DNA of 64,000 bases from an uncultured virus (IMG/VR IMGVR_UViG_3300033149_003774) (IMGVR_UViG_3300033149_003774); one strand, 5' to 3'. Positions 7,985 through 17,760 are shown, counted from the stretch's first letter. Notes: generated by a model from the sequence alone, not told the origin. Program-made: numbers and translations.

Positions 7985-9241
7985 ATGGAGTGGGGTTGGG
8001 ACGGCTGGTATAATCTCGGTTTCTACAGTCAAGATTATCTCAACACAAAAACCACAATTGAATCAACGAGTTTGAAGGAGATCACAAAAGAGGATATGAT
8101 AAAAAATACAAATGAGATGATCAAGAAATCAATAAAAGAAAACGTGATATTTGTTGAACCGCCGGTTATGATGAAGTTCTACCACATGATGGCTTTAGCT
8201 GGTTCTGTGGAAATATACGGTAAACTACTAACTCGTGTGGAAGGAGGATATATAGTTGTAAAGGATATCCTTATACCGTATCAAGCTGTCAGGAGTGCGC
8301 ATTTTCAGAGTTATGATGATCAGATGGCTAAGTGGTTGTATGAACTTGCATTTAAAAACAACGATCCAGAATCGGGGGAGAGAAGACCGATTGAGGAATT
8401 GAACGCAATAACAAGTAGCATACATGGGCATTTTCACAGTCACAACAGTCTTCATCAAAACGGTAAACCCACACCGAGCGCAACGGACACAACAGATGTT
8501 CTTGAACACAGGGAAGGCAAGGACTACTGGATCGAAATAATAGGAACTTTTGGCGGATTCAGCGGAAGGATCGCAACAACAACACCAGTAAGATCTCTGG
8601 TGTCTGCTGAAGTTCAGTTGAAGTGGTGGAGTGGAATAGAAAAAACCATCGAAGAAGCACTAGGAAAAGTATTCATCGAGGAAATCACATACAAAAAAAC
8701 ATACAAAAAAAACAACACACAAAAAAACAAGAAGAAAGCCAACAAAAACAAACGGGATGCTAAAATAGAAGAAATACTGGACAAGATAATCAGCGGAGAA
8801 AAAGATATTGAGAGGGTGGCTAAGGGTGTTAAGAACGAAGAGATGGGAGGTTTCATCACAGTTGAAGTTGATGAAAAAAATCCATTATATCTATCTACTG
8901 ACATACTTCCAGTAAATGTTCAAGAAACTATATGGGAATTTTATAAAGGCTGTTTAAAAGAGGGAGAGAAGATCATGGCGGATGTGTGGGGGTTCCCTGC
9001 GGTCGATTATCAAATTCACGATGGATATGGCTATGTAGAAACACTATTGTCACGACTACAAAAGAAGTTTCCAGAAGCCTATGCCGAGTATAAGGCGACG
9101 TTAGCAAGGTTTAACCTAGACGATGATCTGAATAGCATAAACATAGATGGAACGTGGGAACCGACACCGAGAACGTTTAGAGAGCAAGAAAACAACACAG
9201 AAAAAACAGGAAATAAAAAGGAGAAAATGGGAGGAAAATAA
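7985..9241 (+). CDS. JAB/MPN+ (JAMM) metallopeptidase with C-terminal extension
   Basis: VEIYG glutamate, then HFHSH...PSATD (HxH-xn-S-xx-D JAMM motif). Confidence 0.85.
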   Translation: MEWGWDGWYNLGFYSQDYLNTKTTIESTSLKEITKEDMIKNTNEMIKKSIKENVIFVEPPVMMKFYHMMALAGSVEIYGKLLTRVEGGYIVVKDILIPYQAVRSAHFQSYDDQMAKWLYELAFKNNDPESGERRPIEELNAITSSIHGHFHSHNSLHQNGKPTPSATDTTDVLEHREGKDYWIEIIGTFGGFSGRIATTTPVRSLVSAEVQLKWWSGIEKTIEEALGKVFIEEITYKKTYKKNNTQKNKKKANKNKRDAKIEEILDKIISGEKDIERVAKGVKNEEMGGFITVEVDEKNPLYLSTDILPVNVQETIWEFYKGCLKEGEKIMADVWGFPAVDYQIHDGYGYVETLLSRLQKKFPEAYAEYKATLARFNLDDDLNSINIDGTWEPTPRTFREQENNTEKTGNKKEKMGGK

Positions 9242-9243
9242 AG

Positions 9244-9681
9244 ATGAGGAGATTACCTCACCTTTCCATAAGTGAACTCGATCAACTGATAGACGAATAC
9301 ACCCTGCATCACGACGAAACATATTTCATTTATCAAAGATGGAGAAAGGGTTATCTCGTAGAGGGCGAAGAACTATTACAGTTGAACGTGACGAGAGAAC
9401 CAGTATACAGATCGTGGATACAAACTAGGAAGAGAATAGGCTATGCAGAAAGAATAGTCAAAAAGAGAAAACACTATTATGTTCTCGGTTTTGATAGGTT
9501 CACAAAAAAAGAAAAGGAGTGGCGGGTAAAGGAACCATGTATGTTACTAGAAGATCGTCTGTTTTTGGGGGGAGGATATACCATAACTGTCCAACCAAAA
9601 CCAGATTGTGCATGGTGTAAAAACTCATGTAAACGAAGTGAACCATGTGCATTTTATACCTACAAGAGAAGGGATGGTTAA
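9244..9681 (+). CDS. hypothetical protein with C-terminal Cx2Cx3CKx4CxFY motif
   Basis: CAWCKNSCKRSEPCAFY. Confidence 0.7.
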   Translation: MRRLPHLSISELDQLIDEYTLHHDETYFIYQRWRKGYLVEGEELLQLNVTREPVYRSWIQTRKRIGYAERIVKKRKHYYVLGFDRFTKKEKEWRVKEPCMLLEDRLFLGGGYTITVQPKPDCAWCKNSCKRSEPCAFYTYKRRDG

Positions 9682-9683
9682 AA

Positions 9684-10079
9684 ATGATTCCGCTACATGA
9701 AGAGAATAGTCCATTCGTGAGGGTAATAAAGGAAAGTCTCACAAGGGATGAAGTGATCAGTTGTTTGAATTTGGCGGTAGAACAAGGAGGACAAGTGTAT
9801 AGTAAAAGAGAAGGTAGATATAGAGATTTGGGTAAAGCCCGAAAAGTAGAAACGTATCGCGGAAATCCTGCGCTACGAACCACAAAAATGGGTTTCTGGT
9901 CTTTTGAACAGGGATATCTGATCGAAGATGATGGAACAATTTATCTGCGCGGGAGAAAAAACAGTTGGAGAGTTGAACTGCCAACATCTTCTGGTGGTGA
10001 TTGTGCATTATGCATACACCGATGCAAGATGGAAAAGAGATGTAAATTCTATAAGCCAATTTGGGGGGAAGAAATATGA
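9684..10079 (+). CDS. hypothetical protein with C-terminal Cx2Cx3CKx4CxFY motif
   Basis: CALCIHRCKMEKRCKFY. Confidence 0.7.
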   Translation: MIPLHEENSPFVRVIKESLTRDEVISCLNLAVEQGGQVYSKREGRYRDLGKARKVETYRGNPALRTTKMGFWSFEQGYLIEDDGTIYLRGRKNSWRVELPTSSGGDCALCIHRCKMEKRCKFYKPIWGEEI

Positions 10080-10423
10080 ACTTTCCACGAGATGATAGGA
10101 TAGTGGGTAGGCGTCCTGTAGGAATCGGCATAGGAAAAGGAGGAAGGTATGATGGAAGACGAATAGATGAGGGTGCATTATTCGTCTTTTTTAATCTTGC
10201 GTCCGATTCATCCAGTTCGATGTTGTGTTGGTCCCCTGTATGGGAGGGGAGATACTCAACGTGCTGGTGGGTTCCGAGAAACTATTTTACACACATAAAG
10301 GAAATTGGGGGACCAGGAGAACTAGAGTCCACATTAGAAAAGATGGAGTGTCTTCTTTGTAAGAACTCGTGTAAGCGCGATGTAAAATGTGCCTTTTATG
10401 AACCAATAATAAAGGAGGATTGA
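10076..10423 (+). CDS. hypothetical protein with C-terminal Cx2Cx3CKx4CxFY motif
   Basis: CLLCKNSCKRDVKCAFY. Confidence 0.7.
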   Translation: MNFPRDDRIVGRRPVGIGIGKGGRYDGRRIDEGALFVFFNLASDSSSSMLCWSPVWEGRYSTCWWVPRNYFTHIKEIGGPGELESTLEKMECLLCKNSCKRDVKCAFYEPIIKED

Positions 10424-10427
10424 AGCC

Positions 10428-10880
10428 GTGAAAGAAAAAGAGCATAAGGAGTTCAGCTTGAAAGAGCTAGATGATGCTCTAACAAATCTGATGCCTGAAT
10501 GGAAGCCCGAAAAACCAGAAGAAGATGAGAGAAAAAATGAGAGGGAACTTGATAGAGCGAGAGCATACATTAATGTTAGAAGCAAGATCCGAGACTACAG
10601 GAAGCGCGACTCTGATGGTGAAAAATACAGAAAACTACACTATCCAAAACCAGAGCGGCCAACGAAAACAAAATTCAGATACATAGGTGATAGATCACCG
10701 AGAGTTGGAAAATACTACTTAGTAAAGAGCGGAAGACATAGATATGAAGGCTACCTAGATCACGTTGCGCGGGTTCGTGGTGGTGCAGTATTGGGTTGGA
10801 TATACTCGGCGAATGGTGAACAGGTCGGTTCAGCACCAATAACTAAACACGCGTTGTGGTATGAACTTGAGGGAGAGTGA
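10428..10880 (+). CDS. hypothetical protein
   Basis: 150-aa ORF, GGAGG RBS, operon context. Confidence 0.6.
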   Translation: MKEKEHKEFSLKELDDALTNLMPEWKPEKPEEDERKNERELDRARAYINVRSKIRDYRKRDSDGEKYRKLHYPKPERPTKTKFRYIGDRSPRVGKYYLVKSGRHRYEGYLDHVARVRGGAVLGWIYSANGEQVGSAPITKHALWYELEGE

Positions 10881-10884
10881 GAAC

Positions 10885-11211
10885 ATGAAGAATGTTATGA
10901 ATAAGATAAGTCGATACGTCTACTACATGATCTACACTAAGGATGACCGTTCATGGAGAGTAGATGTAAAGGAACTGGAAAAACTGGTTCAAGATATGAT
11001 ATTCCAATACTACAGTTTGGACAGGATAGATCACATAGACAAGGTAACGGTAATATATAACAACATACTTCAACCACCAACCAAAACATCTGAAAAGGAA
11101 GATGTGACCTCTGAGTTCAAAAAAGAGATGAAGAACATGAGGAGAAAACTGGAGAAAATAAGGCGGGGCGAAATAAAGACAGTCTTCATAGAACATGGAG
11201 GGAGTTCGTGA
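10885..11211 (+). CDS. hypothetical protein
   Basis: ORF in operon context. Confidence 0.6.
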   Translation: MKNVMNKISRYVYYMIYTKDDRSWRVDVKELEKLVQDMIFQYYSLDRIDHIDKVTVIYNNILQPPTKTSEKEDVTSEFKKEMKNMRRKLEKIRRGEIKTVFIEHGGSS

Positions 11212-11212
11212 T

Positions 11213-11449
11213 ATGAGCTGGTCAAAAGAGAACATACACCTGTATGGTTTAAGATACTGTCCTCTATGTGAGAGAAATGTGAAGCCGAAAAAGAAGTTCG
11301 GTTGGGGAATCTTCCTTATTCTCTTTTTCATCTTCATCCCGTTATCGCTACTGTATCTTATTTATTACGTGATGAAACAACCTACTATATGTCCCATCTG
11401 TGGTTGTGATAAACTCGAACTACCGAAGAACACAAACGAAGAAAAGTAA
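11213..11449 (+). CDS. LITAF-like zinc-ribbon membrane protein
   Basis: CPLC - hydrophobic segment - CPIC. Confidence 0.65.
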   Translation: MSWSKENIHLYGLRYCPLCERNVKPKKKFGWGIFLILFFIFIPLSLLYLIYYVMKQPTICPICGCDKLELPKNTNEEK

Positions 11450-13070
11450 ACAGAAAAAATGTTTTATGAAATAACCCCCCTACCCCTTTTTTCATTCTTC
11501 TAAAAAATAAAAGAGGTGGTTCATATTTTAAAAACATCACCAAAATAGGTAAATTATTGTGATTGGTTTACCCCAGAATTCTCCTACTTTTTATTAGTAT
11601 TTTTAGAAATATTATTTTGAGATTTTATTCCTAAAATACTATAAATATCTAATGGTTAAAAAATGAAAAAAAGAGTATAATAATCATATATGTATAATTC
11701 CTTCTACTTACTTTTTTTGATAACTAAAACTTACCCGACTGTAGTTTATTATTGAAGATGAATATTGTAGTTGAATTGTGTATTTGATTTATGATGTTGG
11801 TTGTGTAATTATATATTTGATTTATGATCATAAACGGCGAATTGTGAAAATGATCATTAAAGATGGATAAATGAGTAGTTATATTTTTATTACTTTTAAC
11901 GTTTATTGAATTAATATTTAAGTGTTTATCGGTCCGTAAACCGCCGCTCACGACCATTTTTAATACGATAATACGGCGGTATGGTGTAATATAAGCATAT
12001 CGGCGTTATGGATAAACGTAAATCGCCTTCAATTCCGTAAAATAAAGCCTAAAAACGGCTTTTTTTTGAAGACAATAATAGATCATAATACCCGCGATAT
12101 TTCGTATTATCACTAACGATATTAAGACCTAAAACAAGCTCAAAAAATGCCTCACTATATCCATAATCTTCAATTTTAACGTTTCAAATATTTTTTATTC
12201 GTAATACTCATATTATTATATTCACGTTATTACGCGCGGACAGACTTTATGTCCAACTACATCCGCGTTTTCCGCCGAAAGTAAATTAACATTTTTGATA
12301 CAATTCAACGCCCTATCAAAAATCGACGAGCCGCGTTTTTAACATAAAAATGTTTATTCAATCTTCATTAAAGGCTGAACTTTTCACTTTATTTTTTTCA
12401 CAAATAGTTTACACCGCGCGGTCGATTTTTCCATATTAAAATTATAGAAAAATAGCTAAAATTAACATTTTTGTATTTCCCGCCCAACGCGTTTAAGGAA
12501 TATATCAATCTGGCGGTAAAAACATAGATGAGTTTAACATAAATGTGTTAAAGCATAAAACCAATACCGCAATAATTCGATAAAAAAACCATAAAAACAT
12601 AACGGATCGTATTGTTTTATATTTCACCGTCGAATTTTATCGAAAACATCAAATAACGTGAATATTATTGATCTAAACCATACATCCATATCATATTTCA
12701 CCGCAATAACGTGAAAAATACAATTGGAGGGAACAATCATAATTTTTATTATTTAGTGAAGGATTGCAACACTTTCAAATATTTTTAAATTTGGTTTTTA
12801 ATTTTTTTGTAGTTGAAGCTGAAAACGCCGTCAATTTAAACATTTTTCGTTAAAAGGCTTTTTTATCGATTTATTAAATTTAGGTAGCGCGGAACTTAGG
12901 GAAAAAAAAATATTTTTTCCGCGTTTGGCGCGCGTCCGCGGCTGAGACCCTTTAAACTATTCTCTATTTATATTATGATGTTTGATTTATGAAGTTGAAT
13001 TGTAAAAAGAATAAAAAAACGGATGGAGGTCCGCGGACCCCTAAAATCCGCGGGTATATAGTATGTGATG
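11450..13070. other. long AT-rich non-coding region (candidate terminus, origin or control region)
   Basis: about 1.6 kb with no credible ORF; repeated aaattaacatttttg; many CGCG motifs. Confidence 0.55.
11684..11712. repeat. 29-bp imperfect direct repeat, copy 2
   Basis: tcatatatgtataattccttctacttact, 27/29 identical to 4821-4849. Confidence 0.8.
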
Positions 13071-13074
13071 ACCC

Positions 13075-13269
13075 ATGAGGTCCGCCACCGAAAACGCGGA
13101 TGAAGTAAAAGATCAGCGTGCGTTTTTTACCTCAAATGAGGCGCGCGTAAAAGACTGCATAAGACTAAACTCAGGGATGAGTTGCCTTATGCTTAGTAGA
13201 AATATACCTTATGTGTGCCGCGGATGTCCGCGCGCACAAAAGATGTTAAAAGGTGAGGTGAAGATATAG
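13075..13269 (+). CDS. small Cys-rich hypothetical protein
   Basis: C...C...CRGCP; first ORF of a tightly packed cluster. Confidence 0.45.
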   Translation: MRSATENADEVKDQRAFFTSNEARVKDCIRLNSGMSCLMLSRNIPYVCRGCPRAQKMLKGEVKI

Positions 13270-13539
13270 ATGGAAAAAATCATAGAGGAATACAGTGAAC
13301 ATCCTAATGTTCACGATTTGTATGGGGACATCTATACGGTAAAAAGCATTTATCATTACCGCGCGGATGTTCCCGTACATTTGAGACAGCCCAACTTGAG
13401 GAAGATCATCTTGGAGAAAGATGGAGAAATAAAAGAGTATAATTGGTTATCAGACATACAGCCTAAATACCTTCAACGCCAAGTTAGGAAGTCAATTAAG
13501 TATATCAACGGTGAGGTATTGGAGGAGCGGGAAATATGA
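13270..13539 (+). CDS. hypothetical protein
   Basis: ORF with GAGGTGA RBS. Confidence 0.6.
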   Translation: MEKIIEEYSEHPNVHDLYGDIYTVKSIYHYRADVPVHLRQPNLRKIILEKDGEIKEYNWLSDIQPKYLQRQVRKSIKYINGEVLEEREI

Positions 13540-13889
13540 ACACAATAAACGTTGATAAAGTATTAGCTATGATTGAAGAAGTCAAAAAGTGGGAACGTGA
13601 AAGTGAGGAAGTCATCAACCACTATAAGGGGAATTTAAAAAGAGCGGCTAAAAACATGAAGAAACTCTATGATATGGATGATGAAACATCGGATGCAGAT
13701 TTTTATAAAGTAAAAAGGAAGGTCGAACATCTCATCAGAAAAGAGCGACTGAACATCGAACTAAAAATTAATGAACTTAAGAAGGAATTGGTTAAGGTTG
13801 CATTATTTGAGAGTGTTATGAAATACAATAACGCCGATCTATGGTTTAGCTATTTGAAAGACAAAACATTAAAGGAAAAATTAAAATGA
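13536..13889 (+). CDS. hypothetical helical protein
   Basis: coupled ORF (ATGA overlap). Confidence 0.6.
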   Translation: MNTINVDKVLAMIEEVKKWERESEEVINHYKGNLKRAAKNMKKLYDMDDETSDADFYKVKRKVEHLIRKERLNIELKINELKKELVKVALFESVMKYNNADLWFSYLKDKTLKEKLK

Positions 13890-14173
13890 ACATCACATCC
13901 TCCATCTCCATTTATGACGCCCATATGAGATGCGATATTCTCATAGGGCGAAAGGGAGAGAAAAACATGAAGCCAGAAAAAGTAGTGGGAGAACTACTGA
14001 CCGAAGGAGTATCACATCCTCGACTTTTTTCTGATGTGAATAAAAGCGCACCCGTTGTGAGGGGGGAAGATCACCCTCATAAAAGGGGCGTTTATATAGA
14101 GTGTCCAAATGGATACTTTCAAAGCGCGCGGAGTGATACATGGTATTTCTACCGCGAGGAAGGTGATGAGTAG
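13886..14173 (+). CDS. hypothetical protein
   Basis: coupled ORF; start may be downstream. Confidence 0.5.
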   Translation: MNITSSISIYDAHMRCDILIGRKGEKNMKPEKVVGELLTEGVSHPRLFSDVNKSAPVVRGEDHPHKRGVYIECPNGYFQSARSDTWYFYREEGDE

Positions 14174-14176
14174 AAT

Positions 14177-14413
14177 ATGAGCATCACATTTAGAGTCAGC
14201 AAAAAGGAACTTGAAGCTATAGTCGGGAACCTGAACAGACAAACTAAGCACAATTATTCTATATGGGAAAGTGGCGCGGGAACAAGGATCGTCAGATTGA
14301 TAAACGATGTGGATACAAAAAACGGTATTGAAACTGTAACACCATACGGAACAAAAAGGGAAGTGTATAAGATGGTTGCGTCGATGATCACCATCTTAAG
14401 GATGGAGAAATAA
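14177..14413 (+). CDS. hypothetical protein
   Basis: ORF with GGTGA RBS. Confidence 0.6.
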   Translation: MSITFRVSKKELEAIVGNLNRQTKHNYSIWESGAGTRIVRLINDVDTKNGIETVTPYGTKREVYKMVASMITILRMEK

Positions 14414-14414
14414 G

Positions 14415-14990
14415 ATGGGTCAACAAAACATCAGGGAAGAGCGCGCGAGGACCGACACAATTAAAAGATTTGAGGAACATCGTAAAATAATGGAGGAAAT
14501 AGAACAGCGAAGAATAAAAGAGGCGGAAGAACTGAAGGCGGCAATAGATGCGGGAGAGTGTAGTCTATTCCGCATATTCTATTTCGACAATAATGATCGA
14601 TGGGAACAGTGCAGAGCGGTAGCGCGCGATGTAAATGATGTAATAGACTTCATAAAACAAGAATACATAAATCCTGAACATCTCGATGAGATAGAGGAAA
14701 CTGAATATGGCATCGAGTGGATGGACTGTGATCCCGATCTGTGCCGCGAATTAAGCGATGAGGAAAACCCATGCGAAAGTTGTATATCGGCAGAGGTAGC
14801 TGGATTCTACATAGAGGAAGTCGATGATCCAACTGTGGACGAATTAAGCTATAAAACAATATTCGGAACAAACGACTTTTACGTTCTCTATAAAAATGAT
14901 GATGGTTCAATAAGCGCGAAGAAAGCTGATGATTGGTCACCGATGACAGTTATGGCTATGAGGTTAAGTGAACTATTTAGGGGGAAATAA
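14415..14990 (+). CDS. hypothetical acidic protein with Cys cluster
   Basis: 191 aa; CDPDLC...CESC. Confidence 0.6.
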   Translation: MGQQNIREERARTDTIKRFEEHRKIMEEIEQRRIKEAEELKAAIDAGECSLFRIFYFDNNDRWEQCRAVARDVNDVIDFIKQEYINPEHLDEIEETEYGIEWMDCDPDLCRELSDEENPCESCISAEVAGFYIEEVDDPTVDELSYKTIFGTNDFYVLYKNDDGSISAKKADDWSPMTVMAMRLSELFRGK

Positions 14991-14993
14991 AAG

Positions 14994-15185
14994 ATGCCAG
15001 AATTCAAGGTAACATATTCATTAACATATTATATCACGACCAAAACAGCGGAGGATGCGATGGTGATAGCTGATGGTGAGCTTGATACTACTATGATGGA
15101 TATAGTATCATCCGGTGATCATCCTGCGGATCGGATGTTCGTTATAGTTGAAGAACTAAAAGAACGCAGGAATAGAGGGAAATAA
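14994..15185 (+). CDS. hypothetical protein
   Basis: packed ORF. Confidence 0.55.
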   Translation: MPEFKVTYSLTYYITTKTAEDAMVIADGELDTTMMDIVSSGDHPADRMFVIVEELKERRNRGK

Positions 15186-15186
15186 G

Positions 15187-15408
15187 ATGCCCACAATAGC
15201 TGAACGACTCACTATGAAGAATTATGAGATACATAGACAGATCGAAAAAACTGCTCATGATCTCTCACGTCGATATGTGAAAGATATTGTTAAGGCGGTA
15301 GATGAAGGTCATCGATATAGACCAGAAAGAGACACAACTAGGGAAACAAAAAGAGTCAGGAAAAAACTGCGGTATCTAGTTGAAAAAAAGAAAAAAATGG
15401 ATTTTTAA
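15187..15408 (+). CDS. hypothetical basic protein
   Basis: packed ORF. Confidence 0.55.
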   Translation: MPTIAERLTMKNYEIHRQIEKTAHDLSRRYVKDIVKAVDEGHRYRPERDTTRETKRVRKKLRYLVEKKKKMDF

Positions 15409-15411
15409 GCG

Positions 15412-15681
15412 GTGAACAAGATGAGAATTGAAAGACTACCTGAAAAAGTGCTTAAAGAATGTGATACAATAAACAAGCGGCTGGAAGCGATACAGTATAA
15501 CGTGAACAGATGGTTAAGCATACTTAAAGTGTGTCCAATTGGTGAATACACATCAGGCGTGAGAGCGTGCCGCGTACAAGTTGCATACTATAATGGACAC
15601 TATCATCTTGAGCAGAACTTCAGTAACGATAACTTCGATCTTAAAGCTATATGGCGAAATGTCCTTAAGATGTTCAATTAA
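15412..15681 (+). CDS. hypothetical protein
   Basis: packed ORF. Confidence 0.55.
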   Translation: MNKMRIERLPEKVLKECDTINKRLEAIQYNVNRWLSILKVCPIGEYTSGVRACRVQVAYYNGHYHLEQNFSNDNFDLKAIWRNVLKMFN

Positions 15682-15690
15682 AGATATGAG

Positions 15691-16200
15691 GTGATCAAGA
15701 TGAACAAACATCTTAACTTCCAATTCCTAAGCGGTGATGTGAATTGGACAGAGTACGGCGGAAAATGGATCAGCAAAGAGCTATACGGAAAAGACTATAA
15801 TGAAGATGACTTCAGATACTACATCGTTATGGAGTTGATCAATATGGATGAACTAATCAAGACAACTGAAAAAAGATACAGAGTGATCCTATCAATATGC
15901 ACACCGGATGTTGAATATACAGAACTGAAGTCTGCATTTGAGTGCTGTGGCTATACTGAAGATTTCCTAGACTCATATAAAGGAAATAAAGACCACATTA
16001 AAGTTGATGCTCTAACATCATATGGAGCATGCGCGGCGGTATGGAACGCGGCGGGTAACAACTATAAAGAACTTATGAGGGAAGCGCGGGAACAAGCATA
16101 TCAGATAAGCCTAGATCCATCCATATTTCTCGATGAGGTCTATAACATGATCGGAAATACCGGATGGGATTTTATGCGCGGTGAAATAGGCTTCAAATAA
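15691..16200 (+). CDS. hypothetical protein
   Basis: 169-aa ORF, GDVNWTEYGGKW N-terminus. Confidence 0.6.
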   Translation: MIKMNKHLNFQFLSGDVNWTEYGGKWISKELYGKDYNEDDFRYYIVMELINMDELIKTTEKRYRVILSICTPDVEYTELKSAFECCGYTEDFLDSYKGNKDHIKVDALTSYGACAAVWNAAGNNYKELMREAREQAYQISLDPSIFLDEVYNMIGNTGWDFMRGEIGFK

Positions 16201-16214
16201 TAAAGTGATGAAAG

Positions 16215-16364
16215 ATGACCGAACATGAAGATTATATGATCTATCAAATAAAGATACCTATGGATGTATTTGAAGAAATACCTGATATGATATACATGGA
16301 GATGGACGCGCTGGAAACTGAACTAAGAGAACTGAGCGAAAGAATAGAGGCGGAGTGGGTATAA
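16215..16364 (+). CDS. small acidic protein (below the ORF-track cutoff)
   Basis: MTEHEDYMIYQIKIPMDVFEEIPD...EAEWV read manually. Confidence 0.5.
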   Translation: MTEHEDYMIYQIKIPMDVFEEIPDMIYMEMDALETELRELSERIEAEWV

Positions 16365-16365
16365 A

Positions 16366-16584
16366 ATGGATGCATATGATATACTGCATGCGATAAAGGC
16401 GTGGCTGATAAGAAGGCTCAAGGTGAAGATAAAAAGAGCCACAGTAAAATACAAACGATGGATAGCGCGGGCTGTCATGCGACGAAAGATTAAACAATTT
16501 GAGCAGATATTATATCGGCTATATCTGCGCGGCAGAATAGATCAAAACGAATACATAGAGCTAAAGCATAAAATAAGGGAGTGA
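16366..16584 (+). CDS. hypothetical basic protein
   Basis: packed ORF. Confidence 0.55.
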   Translation: MDAYDILHAIKAWLIRRLKVKIKRATVKYKRWIARAVMRRKIKQFEQILYRLYLRGRIDQNEYIELKHKIRE

Positions 16585-16841
16585 TTAAAATGTCGTTACC
16601 TTTCGATGCTTCATATCCTTATTGTAGTGGTGACTGCGATAGATGCAACATATCACCGCGTCAGTATGATGAATTAAGGGAAGATAAAAACATATACATC
16701 GTCATCGATGGCGAAACTGTAGCGCGGTTTAGCGCGACGGTGATCAAGCGACATCCTATGGAAAATAACATGGGGTTCTTAAAGGATGGCAGAAAAGTGA
16801 TCAGAAAAAACAATAGATGGATATACACACCGCCAAAGTGA
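16581..16841 (+). CDS. hypothetical protein with Cys cluster
   Basis: CSGDCDRC. Confidence 0.55.
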   Translation: MIKMSLPFDASYPYCSGDCDRCNISPRQYDELREDKNIYIVIDGETVARFSATVIKRHPMENNMGFLKDGRKVIRKNNRWIYTPPK

Positions 16842-16850
16842 GGCGATAAG

Positions 16851-16985
16851 ATGATCCGATGTCCTGTGTGTGATCATGAAGTTCAGTTATACCTAACGTG
16901 GGTGATAGAACGCGATGGAGTAAAACAAGTATGGCTTATATGTCACAACTGCGGACATAAATTTAAGGAGGAAATAAAAGAGTAG
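16851..16985 (+). CDS. small zinc-ribbon protein
   Basis: MIRCPVC...CHNCGHKF read manually. Confidence 0.6.
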   Translation: MIRCPVCDHEVQLYLTWVIERDGVKQVWLICHNCGHKFKEEIKE

Positions 16986-17334
16986 AATAATGGTTCATAA
17001 TAAACTAACATCATTTTTCTCTTTTTTTTACCGCACGCTCATTTTTACGTTTAAAGTTTTTAAAAACAATTTTTCAGGATCAGACCTTTTTATCACCATT
17101 TAATAAAACCTGAAGCGCAGGTCCCCGCGCGGACCCGTGAGCGGACCCCCTCAACCAACTTCATCACCGCCGCACAAAAAATATTTTTTTTCATAAAGTC
17201 CATCGTTAATTATTTTTCAGCTATTCGATGTTAAAATAATCCAATGGGATATAAAACGCGCACTAAAATAACCAAAAATAAATAATTGAATAAAATAAAA
17301 AACTTATACAAAACACTATGATCCTGATCTCTAA

Positions 17335-17760
17335 CATACTTAATGAATATATATTTTTATATTAAAACACTTAAGGAGTATGCAATTACATCATACTATA
17401 CCTTAAGGGATGTATCTATATTTAAGGATTTAAGGATATAATTTTTACTTAAGGGATGTATTCTTATATTAAATATACTTAAATGATGTACTCTTATATT
17501 TAATACCTTAAGGAATATGCTTATTTAGTTATTTACATACTTAAGGGTAATATTCTTATATTAAAAACATTTAAGGGATGTATCTATATTTACTTAATGG
17601 ATGAATGTGTTAAGGGTAAATGGATAGTTATTTATTTAAGGATATAGTTAAGGGATAGTGATAATTAATAAGGTTAAGGGATGTATCTATATTTAAAATA
17701 CTTAAGGGTAATATCTCTTTCCACACTAATACTTAAGGGTAGTATCTCCTTCCACACTAT
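17335..17760. repeat. degenerate tandem repeat array, consensus about ACTTAAGGGATGTATCTATATTT
   Basis: roughly 15 TTAAGG-cored units, many about 30 bp apart; ttaagggatgtatctatattt occurs three times. Confidence 0.75.

Noticed and set aside
3796..9241. Type II CBASS operon
   Set aside because: The nucleotidyltransferase looks YcgL/RlaP-like, is separated by about 650 bp of non-coding DNA, E1 and E2 are separate, a free Ubl is present and no CBASS effector is evident
12901..17192. Inverted A-tract/T-tract motif (gaaaaaaaa-tatttttt) flanking the small-gene island as invertible or transposon ends
   Set aside because: Low complexity, and no recombinase or transposase is recognisable in the window
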